Below are positions 1 to 15,059 of a DNA stretch of 64,000 nt, in pieces (the stretch's first letter is position 1; every line of letters begins with the position of its first letter). Both the position numbers and the translations under genes were made by a program. The DNA comes from Eledone cirrhosa (taxonomy: Eukaryota). The DNA is taken from contig CAXHJY010000105.1 in assembly GCA_964016885.1 (NCBI GenBank), positions 434,001 to 498,000 on the forward strand, written 5' to 3'. Under the pieces are notes generated by a model. That model saw only the letters and a list, made by a program, of their open reading frames with translations. It was not told the DNA's origin and did not search any database.

Positions 1-1019
1 CCTGACCTAACATAAGGATACAGAACACTTGACCTAACATAAGGATACAGAACACTTGACTTAACGTAAGGATACAGAACACTTGACCTAACAAGGATAC
101 AGAACACTTGACCTGACATAAGGATACAGAACACTTGACCTAACACAAGGATACAGAACACCTGACGTAACATAGGGATACAGAACACTTGACCTAACCT
201 AAGGATACAGAAGACCTGACCTAACAGAAGGATACAGAACCCTTGACCTAACATAAGGATACAGAACACTTGACCTAACATAAGGATACAGAACACTTGA
301 CCTAATGTAAGGATACAGAACACCTGACCTAACATAAGGATACAGAAAACCTGACCTAACATAAGGATACAGAACAACTGACCTAACAAAGATACAGAAC
401 ACCTGACCTAACATAGGGATACAGAACACTTGACCCAACATAAGGATACAGAAGACCTGACCTAACAGAAGGATACAGAACACTTGACCTAACATAAGGA
501 TGCAAAACCCTTGACCTAACATAAGGATGCAAAACCCTTGACCTAACATAAGGATACAGAACCCTTGACTTAACATAAGGATACAGAACCCTTGACCTAA
601 CATAAGGATACAGAACACTTGACCTAACATAAGCATACAGAACACCTGACCTAACATAAGGATACAGAACCCTTGACCTAACATAAGGATACAGAACACT
701 TGACCTAACATAAGGATACAGAACCCTTGACCTAACATAAGGATACAGAACACTTGACCTAACATAAGGATACAGAACACCTGACCTAACATAAGGATAC
801 AGAACACTTGACCTAACATACGGATACAGAACATTTGACCTAACATAAGGATACAGAACCCTTGACCTAACATAAGGATACAGAATCCTTGACCTAACAT
901 AAGGATACAGAACCCTTGATCTAACATAAGGATACAGAAGACTTGACCTAACATAACCATACAGAACACTTGACCTAACATAAGGATACAGAACACTTGA
1001 CCTAACATAAGGATACAGA

Positions 1020-4000
1020 ACCCTTGACCTAACATAGGGATGTAGAACACTTGACCTAACATAAGGATACAGAATCCTTGATCTAACATAAGGATACAGA
1101 AGACTTGACCTAACATAACCATACAGAACACTTGACCTAACATAAGGATACAGAACACCTGACCTAACATAGGGATACAGAACCCTTGACCTAACATAGG
1201 GATATAGAACACTTGACCTAACATAAGGATACAGAATCCTTGACCTAACATAAGGATACAGAATCCTTGACCTAACATAAGGATACAGAACACCTGACCT
1301 AACAAGGATACAGAACACTTGACCTAACATAAGGATACAGAACACCTGACCTGACATAAGGATACAGAACACTTGACTTAACGTAAGGATACAGAACACT
1401 TGACCTAACGTAAGGATACAGAACACTTGACCTAACATAAGGATACAAAACCCTTGACCTAACATAAGGATACAGAAGAATTGACCTAACATAAGGATAC
1501 AGAAGAATTGACCTGACATAAGGATACAGAACACTTGACCTAACATAAGGATACAGAACACTTGACCTAACATAAGGATACAGAACACCTGACCTAACAA
1601 GGATACAGAACACTTGACCTAACATAAGGATACAGAACCCTTGACATAACATAAGGATACAGAACACCTGACCTCACATTAGGATACAGAACACTTGACC
1701 TAACATAAGGATACAGAACACTTGACCTAACATAAGGATACAGAACCCTTGACCTAACATAGGGATACAGAACCCTTGACCTAACATAGGGATACAAAAC
1801 ACTTGACCTAACATAAGGATACAGAACCCTTGACCTAACATAAGGATACAGAACCCTTGACCTAACATAAGGATACAGAAACTTGACCTAACATAAGGAT
1901 ACATAACACTTGACCTAATATAAGGATACAGAACACTTGACCTAACATAAGGATACAGAACACGTGACCTAACAAAGATACAGAACACTTGACCTGACAT
2001 AAGGATACAGAACCCTTGACCTAACATAAGGATACAGAACACTTGACCTAACATAAGGATACAGAACACTTGACCTAACATAAGGATACAGAACACTTGA
2101 CCTAACATAAGGATACAGAACACTTGACCTAACATAAGGATACAGAACCCTTGACCTAACGTAAGGATACAGAACACTTGACTTAACGTAAGGATACAGA
2201 ACCCTTGACCTAACATATGGATACAGAACACCTGACCTAACAAGGATACAGAACACTTGACCTAACATAAGGATACAGAAACCTTGACCTAACATAAGGA
2301 TACAGAACCCTTGACCTGACATAAGGATACAGAACACATGACCTAACAAGGATACAGAATGCTTGACCTAACATAAGGATCCAGAACACTTGATCTAACA
2401 TAAGGATACAGAACCCTTGACCTAACATAAGGATACAGAACCCTTGACCTAACATAAGGATACAGAACCCTTGACCTAACATAAGGATACAGAAGACTTG
2501 ACCTAACATAAGGATACAGAACCCTTGACCTAACATAAGGATACAGAACACTTGACCTAACATAAGATACAGAACCCTTGACCTAACATAAGGATACAGA
2601 ACCCTTGACCTAACAAGGATACAGAAGACTTGACCTAACATAAGCATACAGAACCCTTGACATAACATAAGGATACAGAACACATGACCTAACAAGGATA
2701 CAGAACGCTTGACCTAACATAAGGATACAGAACACCTGACCTAACATAAGGATACAGAACACTTGACCTAACGTAAGGATACAGAACACTTGACTTAACG
2801 TAAGGATACAGAACCCTTGACCTAACATATGGATACAGAACACCTGACCTAACAAGGATACAGAACACTTCACCTAACATAAGGATACAGAACACTTGAC
2901 CTAACATAAGGATACAGAACACTTGACCTAACATAAGGATACAGAACACCTGACCTAACGTAAGGATACAGAACACTTGACCTAACGTAAGGATACAGAA
3001 CACTTGACCTAACGTAAGGACACAGAACACTTGACCTAATGTAAGGATACAGAACACCTGACCTAACATAAGGATACAGAACACTTGACCTAACAAGGAT
3101 ACATAACACTTGACCTAACATAAGGATACAGAACACTTGACCTAACACAAGAATACAGAACACCTGACCTAACATAAGGATACAGATCACCTGACCTAAC
3201 AAGAATACAGAACACCTGACCTAACATAAGGATACAGAACACCTGACCTAACATAAGGATACAGAACACTTGACCTAACCTAAGGATACAGAACACTTGA
3301 CCTAACATAAGGATACAGAACACTTGACCTAATGTAAGGATACAGAACACCTGACCTAACATAAGGATACAGAAAACCTGACCTAACATAAGGATACAGA
3401 ACCCTTGACCTAACATAGGGATGTAGAACACTTGACCTAACATAAGGATACAGAATCCTTGATCTAACATAAGGATACAGAAGACTTGACCTAACATAAC
3501 CATACAGAACACTTGACCTAACATAAGGATACAGAACACCTGACCTAACATAGGGATACAGAACCCTTGACCTAACATAGGGATATAGAACACTTGACCT
3601 AACATAAGGATACAGAATCCTTGACCTAACATAAGGATACAGAATCCTTGACCTAACATAAGGATACAGAACACCTGACCTAACAAGGATACAGAACACT
3701 TGACCTAACATAAGGATACAGAACACCTGACCTGACATAAGGATACAGAACACTTGACTTAACGTAAGGATACAGAACACTTGACCTAACGTAAGGATAC
3801 AGAACACTTGACCTAACATAAGGATACAAAACCCTTGACCTAACATAAGGATACAGAAGAATTGACCTAACATAAGGATACAGAAGAATTGACCTGACAT
3901 AAGGATACAGAACACTTGACCTAACATAAGGATACAGAACACTTGACCTAACATAAGGATACAGAACACCTGACCTAACATAAGGATACAGAACACTTGA

Positions 4001-5720
4001 CCTAACATAAGGATACAGAACCCTTGACATAACATAAGGATACAGAACACCTGACCTCACATTAGGATACAGAACACTTGACCTAACATAAGGATACAGA
4101 ACACTTGACCTAACATAAGGATACAGAACCCTTGACCTAACATAGGGATACAGAACCCTTGACCTAACATAGGGATACAAAACACTTGACCTAACATAAG
4201 GATACAGAACCCTTGACCTAACATAAGGATACAGAACCCTTGACCTAACATAAGGATACAGAAACTTGACCTAACATAAGGATACATAACACTTGACCTA
4301 ATATAAGGATACAGAACACTTGACCTAACATAAGGATACAGAACACGTGACCTAACAAAGATACAGAACACTTGACCTGACATAAGGATACAGAACCCTT
4401 GACCTAACAAGGATACAGAACACTTGACCTAACATAAGGATACAGAACACTTGACCTAACATAAGGATACAGAACCCTTGACCTAACGTAAGGATACAGA
4501 ACACTTGACTTAACGTAAGGATACAGAACCCTTGACCTAACATATGGATACAGAACACCTGACCTAACAAGGATACAGAACACTTGACCTAACATAAGGA
4601 TACAGAAACCTTGACCTAACATAAGGATACAGAACCCTTGACCTGACATAAGGATACAGAACACATGACCTAACAAGGATACAGAATGCTTGACCTAACA
4701 TAAGGATCCAGAACACTTGATCTAACATAAGGATACAGAACCCTTGACCTAACATAAGGATACAGAACCCTTGACCTAACATAAGGATACAGAACCCTTG
4801 ACCTAACATAAGGATACAGAAGACTTGACCTAACATAAGGATACAGAACCCTTGACCTAACATAAGGATACAGAACACTTGACCTAACATAAGATACAGA
4901 ACCCTTGACCTAACATAAGGATACAGAACCCTTGACCTAACAAGGATACAGAAGACTTGACCTAACATAAGCATACAGAACCCTTGACATAACATAAGGA
5001 TACAGAACACATGACCTAACAAGGATACAGAACGCTTGACCTAACATAAGGATACAGAACACCTGACCTAACATAAGGATACAGAACACTTGACCTAACG
5101 TAAGGATACAGAACACTTGACTTAACGTAAGGATACAGAACCCTTGACCTAACATATGGATACAGAACACCTGACCTAACAAGGATACAGAACACTTCAC
5201 CTAACATAAGGATACAGAACACTTGACCTAACATAAGGATACAGAACACTTGACCTAACATAAGGATACAGAACACCTGACCTAACGTAAGGATACAGAA
5301 CACTTGACCTAACGTAAGGATACAGAACACTTGACCTAACGTAAGGACACAGAACACTTGACCTAATGTAAGGATACAGAACACCTGACCTAACATAAGG
5401 ATACAGAACACTTGACCTAACAAGGATACATAACACTTGACCTAACATAAGGATACAGAACACTTGACCTAACACAAGAATACAGAACACCTGACCTAAC
5501 ATAAGGATACAGATCACCTGACCTAACAAGAATACAGAACACCTGACCTAACATAAGGATACAGAACACCTGACCTAACATAAGGATACAGAACACTTGA
5601 CCTAACCTAAGGATACAGAACACTTGACCTAACATAAGGATACAGAACACTTGACCTAATGTAAGGATACAGAACACCTGACCTAACATAAGGATACAGA
5701 AAACCTGACCTAACATAAGG
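1020..5720 (+). repeat. Tandem duplication of about 2.3-2.4 kb
   Basis: ORFs 2237..2695 and 4564..5022, 2689..3096 and 5016..5423, 2870..3202 and 5197..5529 are identical at offset 2327. GGATCC at 2377 and 4704 has the same offset. Confidence 0.88.
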
Positions 5721-8700
5721 ATACAGAAGACCTGACCTAACAGAAGGATACAGAACACTTGACCTAACATAAGGATACAAAACCCTTGACATAACATAAT
5801 GATACAGAACCCTTGACCTAACAAGGATACAGAACACTTGCCTAACAGGGGTACAGAACAGTTGACCTAACATAAGGATGCAGAACACTTGACCTAACAT
5901 AAGGATACAGAACACTTAACCTAACATAAGGATACAGAACCCTTGACCTAACATAAGGATACAGAACACTTGACCTAACATAAGGATACAGAACACTTGA
6001 CCTAACATAAGGATACAGAACACTTGACCTAACATAAGGATACAGAACACTTGACCTAACATAAGGATACAGAACACGTGACCTAACATAAGGATACAGA
6101 ACACTTGACCTAAATATAAGGATACAGAACCCTTGACCTAACCTAAGGATACAGAACACTTGACCTAACATAAGATACAGAACCCTTGACCTAACATAAG
6201 GATACAGAACCCTTGACCTAACCTAAGGATACAAAACACTTGACCTAACATAAGATACAGAACACTTGACCTAACAAGGATACAGAAGACTTGACCTAAC
6301 ATAAGCATACAGAACCCTTGACCTAACATAAGGATACAGAACACATGACCTAACAAGGATACAGAAGACTTGACCTAACATAAGCGAACAGAACCCTTGA
6401 CCTAACATAAGGATACAGAACACCTGGCCTAACAAGGATACAGAACACTTCACCTAACATAAGGATACAGAACACCTGACCTAACATAAGGATACAGAAC
6501 ACTTGACCTAACATAAGGATACAGAACACTTGACTTAACGTAAGGATACAGAACACTTGACCTAACAAGGATACAGAACACTTGACCTGACATAAGGATA
6601 CAGAACACTTGACCTAACACAAGGATACAGAACACCTGACGTAACATAAGGATACAGAACACTTGACCTAACCTAAGGATACAGAACACTTGACCTAACA
6701 CAAGGATACAGAAGACCTGACCTAACAGAAGGATACAGAACCCTTGACCTAACATAAGGATACAGAACACTTGACCTAACATAAGGATACAGAACACTTG
6801 ACCTAATGTAAGGATACAGAACACCTGACCTAACATAAGGATACAGAACAACTGACCTAACAAAGATACAGAACACCTGACCTAACATAGGGATACAGAA
6901 CACTTGACCCAACATAAGGATACAGAAGACCTGACCTAACAGAAGGATACAGAACACTTGACCTAACATAAGGATGCAAAACCCTTGACCTAACATAAGG
7001 ATACAGAACCCTTGACTTAACATAAGGATACAGAACCCTTGACCTAACATAAGGATACAGAACACTTGACCTAACATAAGCATACAGAACACCTGACCTA
7101 ACATAAGGATACAGAACCCTTGACCTAACATAAGGATACAGAACACTTGACCTAACATAAGGATACAGAACCCTTGACCTAACATAAGGATACAGAACAC
7201 TTGACCTAACATAAGGATACAGAACACCTGACCTAACATAAGGATACAGAACACTTGACCTAACATACGGATACAGAACATTTGACCTAACATAAGGATA
7301 CAGAACCCTTGACCTAACATAAGGATACAGAATCCTTGACCTAACATAAGGATACAGAACCCTTGATCTAACATAAGGATACAGAAGACTTGACCTAACA
7401 TAACCATACAGAACACTTGACCTAACATAAGGATACAGAACACTTGACCTAACATAAGGATACAGAACCCTTGACCTAACATAGGGATGTAGAACACTTG
7501 ACCTAACATAAGGATACAGAATCCTTGATCTAACATAAGGATACAGAAGACTTGACCTAACATAACCATACAGAACACTTGACCTAACATAAGGATACAG
7601 AACACCTGACCTAACATAGGGATACAGAACCCTTGACCTAACATAGGGATATAGAACACTTGACCTAACATAAGGATACAGAATCCTTGACCTAACATAA
7701 GGATACAGAATCCTTGACCTAACATAAGGATACAGAACACCTGACCTAACAAGGATACAGAACACTTGACCTAACATAAGGATACAGAACACCTGACCTG
7801 ACATAAGGATACAGAACACTTGACTTAACGTAAGGATACAGAACACTTGACCTAACGTAAGGATACAGAACACTTGACCTAACATAAGGATACAAAACCC
7901 TTGACCTAACATAAGGATACAGAAGAATTGACCTAACATAAGGATACAGAAGAATTGACCTGACATAAGGATACAGAACACTTGACCTAACATAAGGATA
8001 CAGAACACTTGACCTAACATAAGGATACAGAACACCTGACCTAACAAGGATACAGAACACTTGACCTAACATAAGGATACAGAACCCTTGACATAACATA
8101 AGGATACAGAACACCTGACCTCACATTAGGATACAGAACACTTGACCTAACATAAGGATACAGAACACTTGACCTAACATAAGGATACAGAACCCTTGAC
8201 CTAACATAGGGATACAGAACCCTTGACCTAACATAGGGATACAAAACACTTGACCTAACATAAGGATACAGAACCCTTGACCTAACATAAGGATACAGAA
8301 CCCTTGACCTAACATAAGGATACAGAAACTTGACCTAACATAAGGATACATAACACTTGACCTAATATAAGGATACAGAACACTTGACCTAACATAAGGA
8401 TACAGAACACGTGACCTAACAAAGATACAGAACACTTGACCTGACATAAGGATACAGAACCCTTGACCTAACAAGGATACAGAACACTTGACCTAACATA
8501 AGGATACAGAACACTTGACCTAACATAAGGATACAGAACCCTTGACCTAACGTAAGGATACAGAACACTTGACTTAACGTAAGGATACAGAACCCTTGAC
8601 CTAACATATGGATACAGAACACCTGACCTAACAAGGATACAGAACACTTGACCTAACATAAGGATACAGAAACCTTGACCTAACATAAGGATACAGAACC

Positions 8701-11700
8701 CTTGACCTGACATAAGGATACAGAACACATGACCTAACAAGGATACAGAATGCTTGACCTAACATAAGGATCCAGAACACTTGATCTAACATAAGGATAC
8801 AGAACCCTTGACCTAACATAAGGATACAGAACCCTTGACCTAACATAAGGATACAGAACCCTTGACCTAACATAAGGATACAGAAGACTTGACCTAACAT
8901 AAGGATACAGAACCCTTGACCTAACATAAGGATACAGAACACTTGACCTAACATAAGATACAGAACCCTTGACCTAACATAAGGATACAGAACCCTTGAC
9001 CTAACAAGGATACAGAAGACTTGACCTAACATAAGCATACAGAACCCTTGACATAACATAAGGATACAGAACACATGACCTAACAAGGATACAGAACGCT
9101 TGACCTAACATAAGGATACAGAACACTTGACCTAACGTAAGGATACAGAACACTTGACTTAACGTAAGGATACAGAACCCTTGACCTAACATATGGATAC
9201 AGAACACCTGACCTAACAAGGATACAGAACACTTCACCTAACATAAGGATACAGAACACTTGACCTAACATAAGGATACAGAACACTTGACCTAACATAA
9301 GGATACAGAACACCTGACCTAACGTAAGGATACAGAACACTTGACCTAACGTAAGGATACAGAACACTTGACCTAACGTAAGGACACAGAACACTTGACC
9401 TAATGTAAGGATACAGAACACCTGACCTAACATAAGGATACAGAACACTTGACCTAACAAGGATACATAACACTTGACCTAACATAAGGATACAGAACAC
9501 TTGACCTAACACAAGAATACAGAACACCTGACCTAACATAAGGATACAGATCACCTGACCTAACAAGAATACAGAACACCTGACCTAACATAAGGATACA
9601 GAACACCTGACCTAACATAAGGATACAGAACACTTGACCTAACCTAAGGATACAGAACACTTGACCTAACATAAGGATACAAAACACTTGACCTAATGTA
9701 AGGATACAGAACACCTGACCTAACATAAGGATACAGAAAACCTGACCTAACATAAGGATACAGAAGACCTGACCTAACAGAAGGATACAGAACACTTGAC
9801 CTAACATAAGGATACAAAACCCTTGACATAACATAATGATACAGAACCCTTGACCTAACAAGGATACAGAACACTTGCCTAACAGGGGTACAGAACAGTT
9901 GACCTAACATAAGGATGCAGAACACTTGACCTAACATAAGGATACAGAACACTTAACCTAACATAAGGATACAGAACCCTTGACCTAACATAAGGATACA
10001 GAACACTTGACCTAACATAAGGATACAGAACACTTGACCTAACATAAGGATACAGAACACTTGACCTAACATAAGGATACAGAACACTTGACCTAACATA
10101 AGGATACAGAACACGTGACCTAACATAAGGATACAGAACACTTGACCTAAATATAAGGATACAGAACACTTGACCTAACATAAGGATACAGAACACTTCA
10201 CCTAACATAAGGATACAGAAGACATGACCTAACATAAGGATACAGAACACTTGACCTAATATAAGGACACAGAACACTTCACCTAACATAAGGATACAGA
10301 AGACATGACCTGACATAAGGATAGAGAACACTTGACCTAACATAAGGATACAGAACACTTGACCTAACATAAGGATACAGAACACATGACCTAACATAAG
10401 GATACAGAACACTTGACCTAACAAGGATACAGAACCCTTGACCTAACATAAGGATACAGAACACTTGACCTAACAAGGATACAGAACCCTTGACCTAACA
10501 CAAGGATACAGAACACTTGACCTAACAAGGGTACAGAACAGTTGACCTAACATAAGGATGCAGAACACTTGACCTAACATAAGGATACAGAACACTTGAC
10601 CTAACATAAGGATACAGAACCCTTGACCTAACATAAGGATACAGAACACTTGACCTAACATAAGGATACAGAACACTTGACCTAACATAAGGATACAGAA
10701 CACTTGACCTAACATAAGTATACAGAACCCTTGACCTAACATAAGGATACAGAACACTTGACCTAACATAAGGATACAGAACACCTGACCTAACAAGGAT
10801 ACAGAACACTTGACCTAACATAAGGATACAGAACCCTTGACCTAACATAAGGATACAGAACACCTGACCTAACAAGGATACAGAACCCTTGACCTAACAT
10901 AAGGATAGAGAACCCTTGACCTAACATAAGGATACAGAACACCTGACCTAACATAAAGATATAGAACCCTTGACCTAACATAAGGATACAGAACCCTTGA
11001 CCTAACATAAGGATAGAGAACCCTTGACCTAACATAAGGATACAGAACACCTGACCTAACATAAAGATATAGAACCCTTGACCTAACATAAGGATACAGA
11101 AACACTTGACCTAACTTAAGGATATAGAACACCTGACCTAACATAAGGTTACAGAACCCTTGACCTAACATAAGGATACAGAACCCTTGACCCAACAAGG
11201 ATAAAGAAGACTTGACCTAACATAAGGATACAGAAACCTTGACCTAACATAAGGATACAGAACCCTTGACCTGACATAAGGATACAGAACACATGACCTA
11301 ACAAGGATACAGAATGCTTGACCTAACATAAGGATCCAGAACACTTGATCTAACATAAGGATACAGAACCCTTGACCTAACATAAGGATACAGAACCCTT
11401 GACCTAACATAAGGATACAGAACCCTTGACCTAACATAAGGATACAGAAGACTTGACCTAACATAAGGATACAGAACCCTTGACCTAACATAAGGATACA
11501 GAACACTTGACCTAACATAAGATACAGAACCCTTGACCTAACATAAGGATACAGAACCCTTGACCTAACAAGGATACAGAAGACTTGACCTAACATAAGC
11601 ATACAGAACCCTTGACATAACATAAGGATACAGAACACATGACCTAACAAGGATACAGAACGCTTGACCTAACATAAGGATACAGAACACATGACCTAAC

Positions 11701-14700
11701 ATAAGGATACAGAACACCTGACCTAACGTAAGGATACAGAACACTTGACCTAACGTAAGGATACAGAACACTTGACCTAACGTAAGGACACAGAACACTT
11801 GACCTAATGTAAGGATACAGAACACCTGACCTAACATAAGGATACAGAACACTTGACCTAACAAGGATACATAACACTTGACCTAACATAAGGATACAGA
11901 ACACTTGACCTAACACAAGAATACAGAACACCTGACCTAACATAAGGATACAGAACACCTGACCTAACATAAGGATACAGAACACTTGACCTAACCTAAG
12001 GATACAGAACACTTGACCTAACATAAGGATACAGAACACTTGACCTAATGTAAGGATACAGAACACCTGACCTAACATAAGGATACAGAAAACCTGACCT
12101 AACATAAGGATACAGAAGACCTGACCTAACAGAAGGATACAGAACACTTGACCTAACATAAGGATACAAAACCCTTGACATAACATAATGATACAGAACC
12201 CTTGACCTAACAAGGATACAGAACACTTGCCTAACAAGGGTACAGAACAGTTGACCTAACATAAGGATGCAGAACACTTCACCTAACATAAGGATACAGA
12301 ACACTTAACCTAACATAAGGATACAGAACCCTTGACCTAACATAAGGATACAGAACACTTGACCTAACATAAGGATACAGAACACTTGACCTAACATAAG
12401 GATACAGAACACTTGACCTAACATAAGTATACAGAACCCTTGACCTAACATAAGGATACAAAACACTTGACCTAACATAAGGATACAGAACACATGACCT
12501 AACATAAGTATACAGAACCCTTGACCTAACATAAGGATACAAAACACTTAACCTAACATAAGGATACAGAACCCTTGACCTAACATAAGGATACAAAACA
12601 CTTGACCTAACATAAGATACAGAACACTTGACCTAACAAGGATACAGAAGACTTGACCTAACATAAGCGAACAGAACCCTTGACCTAACATAAGGATACA
12701 GAACACCTGACCTAACAAGGATACAGAACACTTCACCTAACATAAGGATACAGAACACCTGACCTAACATAAGGATACAGAACACTTGACCTAACATAAG
12801 GATACAGAACACTTGACTTAACGTAAGGATACAGAACATTTGACCTAACAAGGATACAGAACACTTGACCTGACATAAGGATACAGAACACTTGACCTAA
12901 CACAAGGATACAGAACACCTGACGTAACATAAGGATACAGAACACTTGACCTAACCTAAGGATACAGAACACTTGACCTAACACAAGGATACAGAAGACC
13001 TGACCTAACAGAAGGATACAGAACCCTTGACCTAACATAAGGATACAGAACACTTGACCTAACATAAGGATACAGAACACTTGACCTAATGTAAGGATAC
13101 AGAACACCTGACCTAACATAAGGATACAGAAAACCTGACCTAACATAAGGATACAGAACAACTGACCTAACAAAGATACAGAACACCTGACCTAACATAG
13201 GGATACAGAACACTTGACCCAACATAAGGATACAGAAGACCTGACCTAACAGAAGGATACAGAACACTTGACCTAACATAAGGATGCAAAACCCTTGACC
13301 TAACATAAGGATACAGAACCCTTGACTTAACATAAGGATACAGAACCCTTGACCTAACATAAGGATACAGAACACTTGACCTAACATAAGCATACAGAAC
13401 ACCTGACCTAACATAAGGATACAGAACCCTTGACCTAACATAAGGATACAGAACACTTGACCTAACATAAGGATACAGAACCCTTGACCTAACATAAGGA
13501 TACAGAACACTTGACCTAACATAAGGATACAGAACACCTGACCTAACATAAGGATACAGAACACTTGACCTAACATACGGATACAGAACATTTGACCTAA
13601 CATAAGGATACAGAACCCTTGACCTAACATAAGGATACAGAATCCTTGACCTAACATAAGGATACAGAACCCTTGATCTAACATAAGGATACAGAAGACT
13701 TGACCTAACATAACCATACAGAACACTTGACCTAACATAAGGATACAGAACACTTGACCTAACATAAGGATACAGAACCCTTGACCTAACATAGGGATAT
13801 AGAACACTTGACCTAACATAAGGATACAGAATCCTTGATCTAACATAAGGATACAGAAGACTTGACCTAACATAACCATACAGAACACTTGACCTAACAT
13901 AAGGATACAGAACACCTGACCTAACATAGGGATACAGAACCCTTGACCTAACATAGGGATATAGAACACTTGACCTAACATAAGGATACAGAATCCTTGA
14001 CCTAACATAAGGATACAGAACCCTTGACCTAACATAAGGATACAGAACACCTGACCTAACAAGGATACAGAACACTTGACCTAACATAAGGATACAGAAC
14101 ACCTGACCTGACATAAGGATACAGAACACTTGACTTAACGTAAGGATACAGAACACTTGACCTAACGTAAGGATACAGAACACTTGACCTAACATAAGGA
14201 TACAAAAGCCTTGACCTAACATAAGGATACAGAAGAATTGACCTAACATAAGGATACAGAAGAATTGACCTGACATAAGGATACAGAACACTTGACCTAA
14301 CATAAGGATACAGAACACTTGACCTAACATAAGGATACAGAACACCTGACCTAACAAGGATACAGAACACTTGACCTAACATAAGGATACAGAATCCTTG
14401 ACATAACATAAGGATACAGAACACCTGACCTCACATTAGGATACAGAACACTTGACCTAACATAAGGATACAGAACACTTGACCTAACATAAGGATACAG
14501 AACCCTTGACCTAACATAGGGATACAGAACCCTTGACCTAACATAAGGATACATAACACTTGACCTAATATAAGGATACAGAACACTTGACCTAACATAA
14601 GGATACAGAACACGTGACCTAACAAAGATACAGAACACTTGACCTGACATAAGGATACAGAACCCTTGACCTAACAAGGATACAGAACACTTGACCTAAC

Positions 14701-15059
14701 ATAAGGATACAGAACACTTGACCTAACATAAGGATACAGAACCCTTGACCTAACGTAAGGATACAGAACACTTGACTTAACGTAAGGATACAGAACCCTT
14801 GACCTAACATATGGATACAGAACACCTGACCTAACAAGGATACAGAACACTTCACCTAACATAAGGATACAGAACACTTGACCTAACATAAGGATACAGA
14901 ACACTTGACCTAACATAAGGATACAGAAACCTTGACCTAACATAAGGATACAGAACCCTTGACCTGACATAAGGATACAGAACACATGACCTAACAAGGA
15001 TACAGAATGCTTGACCTAACATAAGGATCCAGAACACTTGATCTAACATAAGGATACAG

